A stretch of DNA of 56,939 bases, from IMG/VR virus record IMGVR_UViG_3300023179_000127, positions 1 to 56,939 of that record; one strand, given 5' to 3'. Shown here piece by piece: positions 39,580-49,866 of this stretch. Both the position numbers and the translations under genes were made by a program. The notes below the pieces were generated by a model that was not told the origin of the DNA, made no database searches, and saw only the letters and a program-made list of their open reading frames with translations. This DNA is from a virus. Its lineage: Duplodnaviria; Caudoviricetes. Positions within the stretch are counted from its first letter, which is position 1, and each line of letters starts with the position of its first letter.

Positions 39580-40881
39580 TTAAATTTGACTGCCAATTCC
39601 TCTTTGAATTCCGGAGTTTAAGAATTGATCAATTAAGTTTGTGGCGCCAGAAGATGCAGTATTGCCAACAACTTCTATAGTACCAGGAGCATTCATTATA
39701 TTTAATTGATCCTTAAATTGATCTAAAAGCGAGCTTCCATTGTCTGCTACACCATTCTTATCCATTACCTGTATGGGTCCAGAAGGATTAAGCATATGAA
39801 ACATGAAGTTTTTAGATTCGGCAATAAGTCCTTTGAGTGATATTTTAATCATGTATGCATCTGGTATTATAGCATCATATGTGTATGAATTTACTAATGT
39901 GTTGGTTCTACTGTTTGCACCAGGTGGTAGAGGTATTTTCATTTGCCGGCGCGCGCCTTGAAAGTCTATTTGCAAATTTTGAATATAAGCAAATGGCATG
40001 TATTTTACACCTGGTATGTACACCTCGTACACTTTAGGTTGTTCAATAACACTGGCATTTTTTCTAGCGGGGCGATTATTGTACAATAATAAAAATATTA
40101 ATTGCCAATTTTTAATTACATCGTCGTACGTAGCAGAGCCTGTGTTAATTAGCGGAAAGGTAAATGTGAATTCTTCGCCGTCTGTGGGGTAATTAAAAAA
40201 TTTAGAACGTTCAACATAAGTTACACCTTTTATATCTTGACCAACAGCTATGGAGTCAGCTACGTTCGCGGCTATTTCTTTTAATCCACCTAAAGCTCCT
40301 AAGAAACCACCGGGTCCACCATCACCGGAGAATGCATTCTGTGCAGCTGCAGCAAAGTTTTCAAAATAGGGCAATCTGAATTGCCAACCTGTATCTTTTG
40401 TTAAGTACAAGTTTTTGTAAGGCTGTAACCATGAATTTCGTGTATCATTAAAAGTGGGGTTTTCATCTCTAATATTATCATAAAATTGCTGTGCTTGTGC
40501 ACCTAATTTTTTACCGGTTTCTGTTGAATCGACAATTTTTTTACCTTCACTCAAGATTTGTTTTACTGCTTGATTGAAAGAATCTACAGTGTCACTACCT
40601 ACTAGCTGAGTAGCTATATTAGTAAAACCGTCAATTGCTGCGCCACCGCTGTACAGCAATTGTGCTATTAATGCATTAGTTTTTAATTCTTTTTCGACTA
40701 GTCGTAATTCAGGTACTTCTTCTCTTGCGCGGTTGCCTTTGGGTGAATATGTCCAGTAGAATTGTTCTACAACGTTTACAACACCGCCTTGTGAACCACC
40801 TGGAGCAACTAAAGCAGGGGGAGCATTGTTGTCGCCGCCTTGTTTTTGTGAAAACTGAAAAACATGATCTACACTAGTCAT
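39580..40881 (-). CDS. Baseplate-tail tube junction protein, gp48-like
   Basis: FTFTFPL...PKVYEVYIPGVKYMPFAYIQNLQIDF...PDAYMIKISLK; lies between tape measure and gp53. Confidence 0.55.
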   Translation of the reverse strand: MTSVDHVFQFSQKQGGDNNAPPALVAPGGSQGGVVNVVEQFYWTYSPKGNRAREEVPELRLVEKELKTNALIAQLLYSGGAAIDGFTNIATQLVGSDTVDSFNQAVKQILSEGKKIVDSTETGKKLGAQAQQFYDNIRDENPTFNDTRNSWLQPYKNLYLTKDTGWQFRLPYFENFAAAAQNAFSGDGGPGGFLGALGGLKEIAANVADSIAVGQDIKGVTYVERSKFFNYPTDGEEFTFTFPLINTGSATYDDVIKNWQLIFLLLYNNRPARKNASVIEQPKVYEVYIPGVKYMPFAYIQNLQIDFQGARRQMKIPLPPGANSRTNTLVNSYTYDAIIPDAYMIKISLKGLIAESKNFMFHMLNPSGPIQVMDKNGVADNGSSLLDQFKDQLNIMNAPGTIEVVGNTASSGATNLIDQFLNSGIQRGIGSQI

Positions 40882-40896
40882 ATAACATTACTTATA

Positions 40897-43803
40897 TCAC
40901 ACTGGAGCGTATGGTGAGTTGAGCATACCAGCTCTAAAGTTGTTTGTGGAGCTACTGCTGTTTAAAACAACGTTTCTTGATGAATTATTTACATTAATGA
41001 GTTGTGGTGCGCTCTTTTCTGTATTAGCAGCTGTAGCGAACCCTCTGTCATTTATTTGATTACCTTTCTGAATATTCATATCAATATTACGTAGTAGCTT
41101 TTTATTTTCTTCTTGTGCTCGGGTGTTTTCATTAATAGATTTTATTAACTCCTCATTTTCCGGCTCACTATATGTTGTTTTAAAGCTTCTCAATGCGTTC
41201 TCGTCAATAGTAACTGGTGGCATATCAATTTTAGATGGTTGAGGTGCTGGTTGTACTTGTGTTCTGTCTTCAATATATCGTATATTATCGTCTTGTACTG
41301 GGGGCAATGGTTCAACTGTACCTGGTATTGACTGGTTTTTCTTTTTAAGCTCTTCCATGCTCACAGAAAACTCTGGTTCTGCAGGGGGTACTGTAGGTTC
41401 TGATGGTGTATAAGGCTTAGTTACTGCATCCATTTTAGTTTCTGGTTCTACTACAGTTGTAGATACAGAAACCGGCTTACCTGTCTTTTTATCAACAAGT
41501 GTACCGTTAGAATTTACTTCATACTTTTCCTTAAATTCACTATGCATATTACTAGGCACATTATTTAAAATGTTATCCATGGCCTTTTCTTGAGGTGTTT
41601 TTTGTAATGTTGGTTGTACAACTGCTTCTGTTTTAGTCTGATCTTCTAATTGTCTTGCAGCTCGTTCTCTAGCTGCATCCTGCTCGTTGCGTATTCTATT
41701 TCTTTCTTTAAGCTCAGCATATTCTGCATCAGCTGCAGCTTCTGCGGCTTCTTTTGCAGCTCTATTAGCTTTTTCCTCTGAAGCTTCTTTTTGTAATTCA
41801 TCAATTCTTTGCTGTGCATCTGCAGCAGCATCATAAGATGTTGTATCTCCATCTTTACCTTTACCTTTACCTTTACCTTTGCCTTTGCCACCACCACCGC
41901 CGTTTCCGCTGTTTATGCAATCACATAAAGCATAGAGCTGATTGGTTAAGTAGTCTCTTGTCTGAGATCCAAAATCAACTATTATAACTTCATCTCTATT
42001 AACGCTAACTCCTTTATTTTCTGCTTCAGGCCCTTCTTTCATAGGTTCCAGCTTGCCTTGCTCTTCAGGTTTCTTACCGGTAAACTTCTCTTTTAAATAA
42101 TCCCATGCATATTTACCCCATTGAATTCCTTTTATAAGTGGGTTTATTGATGCAAGTGCATTTAATATTAGATCTATTATAGTTGACAGGACGCTTTTAC
42201 CTGCAGCAGCAATTTTAGCAATAGTAGATTCTTTTATTTCATTCCATTTCTCTTCTATTTTCTTTTTAAGATCTTCTTTCTTTTCATCAATAAATTGATT
42301 AATTTTATCTCCAACTGGATTAACTATTAAATCCATCCATTTAGTTAAATTTTGCATTGCAAATGATGAAATTTTATTCAAAACTTGACCTACTATTTGC
42401 TCTAACAATGATTCTTTTCCGTCTTTTTTAGCTAAAAAGAAATCACTCAATTTAGCTCCAATTTTATCCCAAATTTCTCCAAAGTTAATTTTATCAAGGC
42501 CTAATTTTTTAAAAGCTTGATCTACATTTCCTGTAGTTAAATCTTCCAATGCATTAACAACGTTCATGAATATGTCTATTGCGGTGGCTAAGCTAGGAGC
42601 ATATTTCATTAATGCAGCTTTGCCGTCAGCATATCGCTTTGGATCGCCGCTCATCATGTCTCCAATTGCTTGTACAATATTAAAAGCGCCAGATAACATG
42701 GTATTAATTTTTTCATACATAGCCATAATTTTATCTTTAAACTCTTGTATCATGCCTTTAATATCAAATTTTTTTCCTTTAAAAAAGTCTTTTAATCCTA
42801 AACCATCTAAAACAGAATCTATTGCGTTATTAATTACATTGTCAAGATTAAAATTTTCAAATCCTTTCAAGAAATCGGCTAACCCTTTTAATGCGGGGAA
42901 CCTTACTGCCAAATCGTCTAAGAATTTTACAACTCTTGCAATAGTTAGATCGCTAGAAAAAAGTTCTTTAATTTTTTCAAACAAAAACCCTAGTGTAGAG
43001 TCTTTGCTGAACAATTTACCAAAAATTGCATCTTTTATATTTGCTATAAATTCTCTAATTTTATTACCTATGTTACTAAAAAAACCGCTTGTTGAAGTTG
43101 TAGGCTTGTTGTCTTTATCGTTTTTATCTACTCCAAAAATTTTCTCTTTAGATGTACCTAGCAGTTCAGCTATAAATTCAGCGCCTGGTATTGCAAAAGC
43201 TAATCTTTTAAACCCTTCAGAATATTTACCCTCACCAATTAACTTAAACCCGTCGTACATATCAATGAGTCTGCCCACTAGCGGTAGAGATCTTATCCAT
43301 TCTTTAAGTTTTAAATCTGTTTTATTAAATTTACTAAGAAATCCTGTGATAGATGTGTAGATATTTCCTTTCTTAAAATCGTTGAGTAGCTTTTGTACAA
43401 ATGGGAATTTACCAGCACCAAAACCAGCTGCAGCAACGAGTCCTAATATTATGCCTATAGGACCTAGTATTTTACTGAAGAAACCTTCGCTATTTTTAGG
43501 CTGTTTTCGAACTTCTTTGAGCAATGCATCCATCCTATCAGATTGATCTAGTTTTTTGAGTTCTTTTATTGATTTTTTAGATAAATTAACTTCTCCACCT
43601 TCTCTTGCGCGTTTATCTCTTTTTACCTCGCGTTCATCTTGTCTGCGAGCAAATTGATTAATTGGTACAAAGTTTTTAGATATTATTTTTTCAAGCCTAC
43701 GTAAGTTTTTTGCCTGCGCTTCCTGTGCTTTAGCTAAATCAGCTATGTTCTTTTCTAATGCTGCTAACATTTGCTCAGGTGTTAGCCCTTCTGTATTAGC
43801 CAT
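40897..43803 (-). CDS. Tape-measure-like protein, 968 aa
   Basis: Long amphipathic helical protein with a hydrophobic segment (ILGPIGIILGLVAAAG); located after gp26/gp51-like chaperones. Confidence 0.6.
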   Translation of the reverse strand: MANTEGLTPEQMLAALEKNIADLAKAQEAQAKNLRRLEKIISKNFVPINQFARRQDEREVKRDKRAREGGEVNLSKKSIKELKKLDQSDRMDALLKEVRKQPKNSEGFFSKILGPIGIILGLVAAAGFGAGKFPFVQKLLNDFKKGNIYTSITGFLSKFNKTDLKLKEWIRSLPLVGRLIDMYDGFKLIGEGKYSEGFKRLAFAIPGAEFIAELLGTSKEKIFGVDKNDKDNKPTTSTSGFFSNIGNKIREFIANIKDAIFGKLFSKDSTLGFLFEKIKELFSSDLTIARVVKFLDDLAVRFPALKGLADFLKGFENFNLDNVINNAIDSVLDGLGLKDFFKGKKFDIKGMIQEFKDKIMAMYEKINTMLSGAFNIVQAIGDMMSGDPKRYADGKAALMKYAPSLATAIDIFMNVVNALEDLTTGNVDQAFKKLGLDKINFGEIWDKIGAKLSDFFLAKKDGKESLLEQIVGQVLNKISSFAMQNLTKWMDLIVNPVGDKINQFIDEKKEDLKKKIEEKWNEIKESTIAKIAAAGKSVLSTIIDLILNALASINPLIKGIQWGKYAWDYLKEKFTGKKPEEQGKLEPMKEGPEAENKGVSVNRDEVIIVDFGSQTRDYLTNQLYALCDCINSGNGGGGGKGKGKGKGKGKDGDTTSYDAAADAQQRIDELQKEASEEKANRAAKEAAEAAADAEYAELKERNRIRNEQDAARERAARQLEDQTKTEAVVQPTLQKTPQEKAMDNILNNVPSNMHSEFKEKYEVNSNGTLVDKKTGKPVSVSTTVVEPETKMDAVTKPYTPSEPTVPPAEPEFSVSMEELKKKNQSIPGTVEPLPPVQDDNIRYIEDRTQVQPAPQPSKIDMPPVTIDENALRSFKTTYSEPENEELIKSINENTRAQEENKKLLRNIDMNIQKGNQINDRGFATAANTEKSAPQLINVNNSSRNVVLNSSSSTNNFRAGMLNSPYAPV
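41854..41889. repeat. In-frame hexamer microsatellite (TTTACC)4(TTTGCC)2 encoding (GK)6
   Basis: Read directly from the sequence. Confidence 0.9.
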
Positions 43804-43825
43804 ACAGATATTTAATGTTAATTAA

Positions 43826-44581
43826 TTAGATTGTGAAGAAACTACCGTCAACTTCTATGGTCTCATCGCCAGTAACTGTAAATTTAGACTCTACGTCTCT
43901 GTAGCTTTTAATATATTCAAGTAATTTAGTTACTAATTGAGCTGGAAGCTGTTCAGCAAGCTTAATGCACTCTTCTGCAGTAATTTGAGTGAAATCTACT
44001 GTTGTATTGGTGTCTTTGAGTGTTAGAGTTTTAATAAACTTGGCTAGTTCGTATACAAACAGCTCACTTAACACGGTTTTAAGATCACTTTCACTAGATA
44101 CAGATATTTTCTTTATTGAATATTCACTGATTTTTTTATCATTACCGATTCTGGGCAGTGAAGCTACAACAGAAAAATTCTCATGCTCTATAACCTTATC
44201 ATTAAGATCAGGTAATAAAATGTTTTTATAGTTCTCAATAACAACATTTAAATCAACATTTACATTGTTACTAGAAACATATCTATTTTCTAAGCATTTA
44301 GCGCGCAATGCAACGGTCATAGCAATTCTATCAAAAACAAATAATGAATCAATGTCGACGGTAGCATCAAGATTATTTGCTTTTAAGATATCGTTCATGC
44401 CTACAATAAAAGAAAGTTTTGTAAGTGACTCTTCCATAGATGTCTTGAGCAAGTTTTTTTGCTGTACTAAAGTTATATTTTTAAATTTTATTTCTTTTCT
44501 TAATGACGGTACAAAGACGTCTATTCCGGATTTCTTATTGTACGCTTCCAGTTGCTGTAGTGCTACATTAACATTGCTCAT
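43826..44581 (-). CDS. Baseplate hub assembly protein, gp26-like
   Basis: VPSLRKEIKFKNITLVQQKNLL...LFVFDRIAMTVALRAK. Confidence 0.65.
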   Translation of the reverse strand: MSNVNVALQQLEAYNKKSGIDVFVPSLRKEIKFKNITLVQQKNLLKTSMEESLTKLSFIVGMNDILKANNLDATVDIDSLFVFDRIAMTVALRAKCLENRYVSSNNVNVDLNVVIENYKNILLPDLNDKVIEHENFSVVASLPRIGNDKKISEYSIKKISVSSESDLKTVLSELFVYELAKFIKTLTLKDTNTTVDFTQITAEECIKLAEQLPAQLVTKLLEYIKSYRDVESKFTVTGDETIEVDGSFFTI

Positions 44582-44589
44582 TTATATTA

Positions 44590-45417
44590 TTATATAGGGC
44601 CAGGCCCTGGTTTAGGCAACTGTTTTTCCGATTTGCGTCTCTCTTCCATCTCTTGTTTGTAAAGATTTATGTAGATGCTTAATTCGGCATATGTAGAATT
44701 GCTCAGTGTTAGACTATCAAATTTAAGTTTTGAACATATTATATATTCTAATTCATAAATGGACATTAAATCTCTTTTAAATGCCAATTTCAAAAAGTCT
44801 AATATAGTATTATACTTAAATGATAGAGGTAATTCGATTGCTTTTCCGGTAAAAGGAGATCTTACTGAGAAAAATTTGTTGTTAGTTCTGTCTATGTTTT
44901 CTATATATTCACTTATGTCTCTACTTAGTTTTATAGGAAGTTCGTTTATAATTTCTGGTGTTATTTTAACCGCTGCATGCTGTATTTTAAGACTTGAAAT
45001 GAAATCTGCGTCATAAAAATTTAACGATTTTGGTAGGTTCAGCTCGAGCTCAATGTCATCTAATATTATTTTTTTTGGATAAACAGTAATTGTTTCGAAA
45101 TTTTTAATGATGCTAAAAATATCTAGAGTTACATTAAAAGTTTTTTTTGTGTCGGGGCAGGTAAAAATTAAATCTAAGGCCGGTTGAATACAAACAGCCC
45201 TTACAGTTAGAAGCATTTTAAGCTTATCTAATACAGTAACAGAATCGCAGCTATCATCGCAAATGTCGTTTAATACATTGTTAAATACATTCGATACAGT
45301 TGTTTTATCGTCAGTAATTAAAGATTTAGCTAAATTTTTGTAATCTTTAAATTTTAATTCTTTAAGTAATACAGTAGTATTATTGCTTATTTTACAAGGG
45401 TATGTAAAATTATTCAC
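44590..45417 (-). CDS. gp26-like protein with gp51-like C-terminus
   Basis: TVLDKLKMLLTVRAVCI...FTCP (gp26-like); LSNSTYAELSIYINLYKQEMEE (gp51-like); GTG start. Confidence 0.55.
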   Translation of the reverse strand: MNNFTYPCKISNNTTVLLKELKFKDYKNLAKSLITDDKTTVSNVFNNVLNDICDDSCDSVTVLDKLKMLLTVRAVCIQPALDLIFTCPDTKKTFNVTLDIFSIIKNFETITVYPKKIILDDIELELNLPKSLNFYDADFISSLKIQHAAVKITPEIINELPIKLSRDISEYIENIDRTNNKFFSVRSPFTGKAIELPLSFKYNTILDFLKLAFKRDLMSIYELEYIICSKLKFDSLTLSNSTYAELSIYINLYKQEMEERRKSEKQLPKPGPGPI

Positions 45418-45425
45418 ATATATAA

Positions 45426-46340
45426 TTAGAGTATACCTATAGGATTTATACTGCCTATGCCATTCTGTAGAGTAGTAATGCGTGGTACTTGACCATTTGC
45501 AATACGGTTAACAATGTCGGATACAGGAAGATACAAGCTATTTTCAACAGTATAATTTGAGTATGTCCATCTGGTTTGATAAGTAACAAGCTTTTCATTA
45601 TCATATTCATATGTTTGCTCAGAAATATTGTACGGTACGCAATTGTAAAATGAAAATACTTTTCTAGGTATCATGGAAATGTTTTGAAATGATCGTGTGT
45701 ATGAAAGCAAAGTCATATTCACTTTCATGTTTTTTAAGTCAGGTACTCTTGCTGTAGGTGTGTCGTTAGGCCGTGCTACCATGCCAAAATGCGAGCCTAG
45801 TATGACCCATGGTCTTAAAACGTTGTCAACAAAAGATGTGTTTGTTTCTTTAAATGTAATAACTAAGGAAGGGGGTTCTGTGTTTCTTGCATTGGCAATA
45901 ATACCAGGTATAAAGCCTCTGTTGTTATTCACAGACACAGATCCTGGTTCAAAACTTTCAGTGGGTATAGTTACATCATGAGCAAACAAACAACCAATGA
46001 TTTTTTGCAATGGAAAGCTTTTTAAAATTGAGACAGCAGTGTTAATGTTGTAACCTTTTCTAGAGCCGTCAGTACGTTCTAATGCTTGCAAGATAGATGA
46101 ATTTAATGCTGCGGGATACCTGTCGATAACAACTATCCATTGAGTTGACATTGGAATCGTTGTAAACCAAGATTCCATTTGAAACAGAAAGTAATCTCTT
46201 ACGCTAATTAATGGTACTGCAGGTAAGTTAAACCCGAACAAGTCTGTGATTTGCGGGGCAAATAAAGGGTTAGTACCCCTTCCAATGTTTTGAAAATTCT
46301 CTGCTAAGCCTGTAAAAGCAGAGTTAAACGGGTTGTTCAC
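45426..46340 (-). CDS. Tail-tube-fold protein (gp54-like tube initiator)
   Basis: LVITFKETN...FVDNVLRPW...FSFYNCVPYNI...WTYSNY; adjacent to the tube gene. Confidence 0.55.
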   Translation of the reverse strand: MNNPFNSAFTGLAENFQNIGRGTNPLFAPQITDLFGFNLPAVPLISVRDYFLFQMESWFTTIPMSTQWIVVIDRYPAALNSSILQALERTDGSRKGYNINTAVSILKSFPLQKIIGCLFAHDVTIPTESFEPGSVSVNNNRGFIPGIIANARNTEPPSLVITFKETNTSFVDNVLRPWVILGSHFGMVARPNDTPTARVPDLKNMKVNMTLLSYTRSFQNISMIPRKVFSFYNCVPYNISEQTYEYDNEKLVTYQTRWTYSNYTVENSLYLPVSDIVNRIANGQVPRITTLQNGIGSINPIGIL

Positions 46341-46355
46341 CTAATTATTTATTAA

Positions 46356-46904
46356 TTAGGTCAATTTTCTAAAATAATGATAAGCAAATGTGACAGGGAA
46401 TTCTACTGTTTCACCGGTTCCACCAGCAATATTGTAATTGATGGCACCGACGCTACGAATAGAAACACCTACTAGCTGATATTGAGCAATCTTAGCCAGC
46501 TGATTGTCAAGCTGTACTAAATCCATGATGGCTGTCTGTTTGGGAGAGAAATAGTTACCAGTGCTTGTGCTGTCATCGAAAATATCACGAGACCATTGTT
46601 CAAACTTCTGTCTGAGCTGAGAAGCAGCATCACAATAAAAATTCAATGTGTAAGCTTCACTGCCTGGATATGTTGCATTACCAGGAAGATTGAAGTTTAA
46701 GCCCATGTAAGGAACAGCAACATTTGTAATTGCTCTTTCAGGCAATGAAGCGGATTTGCAATACACTAAATCATCTTGATTGAAGGATACATTGCTTGCT
46801 CCACCGGTGTTGATTGAGAGAACACGGAAATTATAATCGCGTGCGAACTCTCTACTTGCTGCTACTCTGTAAAAGTCTGTGATTAATTGTGATACATCAG
46901 CCAT
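46356..46904 (-). CDS. gp19: Tail tube protein
   Basis: CKSASLP...VPYMGLNFNLPGNATY...FEQW...FPVTFAYHYF; directly after the sheath gene. Confidence 0.85.
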   Translation of the reverse strand: MADVSQLITDFYRVAASREFARDYNFRVLSINTGGASNVSFNQDDLVYCKSASLPERAITNVAVPYMGLNFNLPGNATYPGSEAYTLNFYCDAASQLRQKFEQWSRDIFDDSTSTGNYFSPKQTAIMDLVQLDNQLAKIAQYQLVGVSIRSVGAINYNIAGGTGETVEFPVTFAYHYFRKLT

Positions 46905-46920
46905 ATTAATTATTTATCCT

Positions 46921-49218
46921 TTAGGATACAATCTCCTGGAAGTTTGTACCTGTTCTTGTAGCGTAGAAGTTGCAGAGGATAAACTCTGTTGTCTTCACTG
47001 GCTTCAAGTAGATATCGACAACCATTGCATTGTCATCGATAACATCAGGGGTGTTGTTACGTTCATCACAAATGATCAGGTAATCGTAAAGACCTTGAGT
47101 GTTCTTTGCTTGTTCAAAGATGGGCTGCAAGGTGTTTACAACCTGTGTTCTTGTGAAGAGTGTGTTCGGTTCAAACAAGAAGTACTTGATTGTGTCGCGT
47201 ACAGAAATTTCAAGCGCTAAGAACAATCTGCGTACATTGATACGATCAAATGCGCTAGGCTTCTTCTGCATGGTCTTTTGACCGAATATAACAAATCCTT
47301 CAGCAGGGAAATATGCAACAGGATTAATTGGTATTTTGTACAACAAGTCACGCTGCTTTTGCTGCGGGTAGAAAGCGATGTCTGTTACACCGATGACTTG
47401 ACCGCGTTTGAAACCAGCAGGAGCAAACCATGGCTGGTAATTGCTGTCTGTTGTTGCCATGATAGCTGCAGCATAACCAGAGAAAGGTATCCAGATTTGC
47501 TGATTCAAGACAGGGTCTACTGTACGTGCGCATGTAGCGTAAGCGCAAGCATAGCTATTATCTAATGGACCGTATGTGTTTTTTAGCGGCCAGTAGATGT
47601 TGTTGGAGAATGTCTTTGTTGAATCATCTAATGTTCTGATGTTATTGCCAGTGATAAAGATGTTGATCAACGGATCAGAGATGAACAAATGATCTTTTCT
47701 CTGTGCAACTGCAAAATTGATGAATTCGTTTTGTACAGCTAGCCAGTTAGCACCAACTAGTGGCATGGATTCTAATCTGCTAGCACTTAGTTTGTTAACT
47801 TCAGTGTCATATGATACTGTGTCATCAAAATAACCAGATGTAGCTGGGTTGAACGAATTTGCATAGATGGATCCTAAGCCAGCTTCAACGGTGATGTTCA
47901 AAGGCACTACATCATGATTTTGTAGTTTTTCAAACATCTTAGTAAGCTTAGCAGGGATGTTGCCAATCTTCTTTGTGGAAAGATCAGCAGACTGGAAGTC
48001 GCCGAGTGGGAACAATGAATCAGTGCTGCCATAATAATCAATTACAGACTGTAGAGCTGCTTGAGGCGCGCCAACTCTTGCTTCAAATTCTGCATCAGTT
48101 TCAGAAGCATTGAGCTTCTTGATGTTAGGCTGGCTCAAGAAACGAACATACTTTGTAGGTACACCGTTAGCATCTAGATATGTGCTTCTGTTTTTGTGTG
48201 AAATGTATGGGTTGACTAACACAATACAGTTTGTGGAATTGTCATCAACACTTTCTAAGAAGAAGCTGTTGTCTGTTCCACCGTTAGGATTGTGCATGCG
48301 ACGATGTGAATCAGTTGAGCCAACAATTGATTCAGTCATTTCAAAATCAAGTGCAATTACGTCAGGCGAGAACACAGACTGTCTTAGTTTGAATACACCG
48401 ATAATAGCTGTGTCGTTCAATTTGTTGAGCGCAACGTCAAATCTCGGAGCATTTTCTAGAACTTCAGACAAGCTGTCTGTCAATCCAGTGCTTTCTGCAG
48501 AAAGTGCAAAATTTAATCTAGCAGCAGGAACTTGAATGTAATCGTCTTTTACTGCAACATTGTCGTTGTTTAGCGAGAACACTCTGTTGATGTCGTCGTA
48601 CGGTGTTGCAGGGTTGAGATTGATGTTGTCAATAACACCAATGTATATGCCTTCAAAGCGTGTATTAATTGTGGATTGCGACTTGTTTAAAACAACCATA
48701 CCGGCAGCGCTCAACGATGGTACATTGGGGAAGAAGCGAGCACCGCTTGTATTGTTTACAAATGTAAATCCGGAGCCTGCAAGAATCGATAGATATTCTT
48801 GTTCAGTTAATTTTATGTGTGTGGGTTTGCCGAACAAGTAAGCACCAGTAGATTCAAAACCTAGGTATGTGCTTGTACCGCCATCAAAATATGATATGAC
48901 AGGAAATGCTAATGCGCTGTATTCCGAGCTTGTGCCAATTCCATTGCCATCACCATATGGTAGGCGGTATACCATCACATCAGCAGGTGATTGAAAAACT
49001 GCTTTTACAGAGTGATAAAAATATCTCTCTGCGGCGTTAGTAGGTAGTCCAAATATTTGTTCAAATTCGGAAAGCGAAGAAACTTTAACTGGTTCGCTTA
49101 CAGGGCCTCTTGATGTAAAGCCAGGTATTAGTACAGTTGTTACATTTATTTTGTTAGGATTAAGAGATAAATCTATCTCTCTAATTTCAACTCCGGGACT
49201 TTCTATTGTACGCGCCAT
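46921..49218 (-). CDS. gp18: Contractile tail sheath protein
   Basis: SPGVEIREIDLS, PWFAPAGFKRG, FGQKT, AFDRINVRRLF, FEPN. Confidence 0.95.
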   Translation of the reverse strand: MARTIESPGVEIREIDLSLNPNKINVTTVLIPGFTSRGPVSEPVKVSSLSEFEQIFGLPTNAAERYFYHSVKAVFQSPADVMVYRLPYGDGNGIGTSSEYSALAFPVISYFDGGTSTYLGFESTGAYLFGKPTHIKLTEQEYLSILAGSGFTFVNNTSGARFFPNVPSLSAAGMVVLNKSQSTINTRFEGIYIGVIDNINLNPATPYDDINRVFSLNNDNVAVKDDYIQVPAARLNFALSAESTGLTDSLSEVLENAPRFDVALNKLNDTAIIGVFKLRQSVFSPDVIALDFEMTESIVGSTDSHRRMHNPNGGTDNSFFLESVDDNSTNCIVLVNPYISHKNRSTYLDANGVPTKYVRFLSQPNIKKLNASETDAEFEARVGAPQAALQSVIDYYGSTDSLFPLGDFQSADLSTKKIGNIPAKLTKMFEKLQNHDVVPLNITVEAGLGSIYANSFNPATSGYFDDTVSYDTEVNKLSASRLESMPLVGANWLAVQNEFINFAVAQRKDHLFISDPLINIFITGNNIRTLDDSTKTFSNNIYWPLKNTYGPLDNSYACAYATCARTVDPVLNQQIWIPFSGYAAAIMATTDSNYQPWFAPAGFKRGQVIGVTDIAFYPQQKQRDLLYKIPINPVAYFPAEGFVIFGQKTMQKKPSAFDRINVRRLFLALEISVRDTIKYFLFEPNTLFTRTQVVNTLQPIFEQAKNTQGLYDYLIICDERNNTPDVIDDNAMVVDIYLKPVKTTEFILCNFYATRTGTNFQEIVS

Positions 49219-49260
49219 ACAAATATTTATGGCCTCTTGGCTACATCTTTTGTAATTTTT

Positions 49261-49863
49261 TTACAAACTATCTGTATTTTCTACTAAATTGGCAATTAAT
49301 TGTGAATAGCTAAATGTAAATGTAGTTTCTATTTCTGTTGATGATCTGTTACTAAGATTAATACCGCCAAGACTTACAGGAAATGCATCTTTATAGAGAA
49401 ATTCAATTATTTTTTTCTCATATTCATCCAAAATAAATAGTGAAATATTTGCGCGGTATTCAATTTTTGAGATAGTGTATGCATTAGTTTTACTAGTGTT
49501 AGTCTGAGTACCGTCGCGTTGATCGTTGAGTAAGTTTAGCCAAGTATATATGACCCAATAATTATTAAACCGGTTATCAATTGTAAAATTAACTGTGATG
49601 GGCTCCCATGGTGGCCGGGCTTTAGTAGATATAGACAAAGGTTGGCCACTGTATGCCAAATCCAGTGCAGGTATGTTAATATCTGGCACTACTGCACCAT
49701 AAACAGAAAATTGTAATGCATTAGGAATAATGCCTGTGTTTGATCGTGTAAATTTTGCAGCTACTTTTTTAAGTGCATCAGGAAAATTTAGCACCATGAT
49801 GAACTTGTCACTACGGGCTTTGTTAAACGGGCTTTGAATAAATTCTGAACTGCTAGTTGCCAT
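49261..49863 (-). CDS. Tail tube terminator, T4 gp3-like
   Basis: ITVNFTIDNRFNNYWVIYTW...YKDAFPVSLGGI...TFTFSY. Confidence 0.7.
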   Translation of the reverse strand: MATSSSEFIQSPFNKARSDKFIMVLNFPDALKKVAAKFTRSNTGIIPNALQFSVYGAVVPDINIPALDLAYSGQPLSISTKARPPWEPITVNFTIDNRFNNYWVIYTWLNLLNDQRDGTQTNTSKTNAYTISKIEYRANISLFILDEYEKKIIEFLYKDAFPVSLGGINLSNRSSTEIETTFTFSYSQLIANLVENTDSL

Positions 49864-49866
49864 ACA

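Noticed and set aside
42566-43360. 264-aa plus-strand ORF
   Set aside because: It is antisense to the tape-measure-like gene, with no motif or promoter element.
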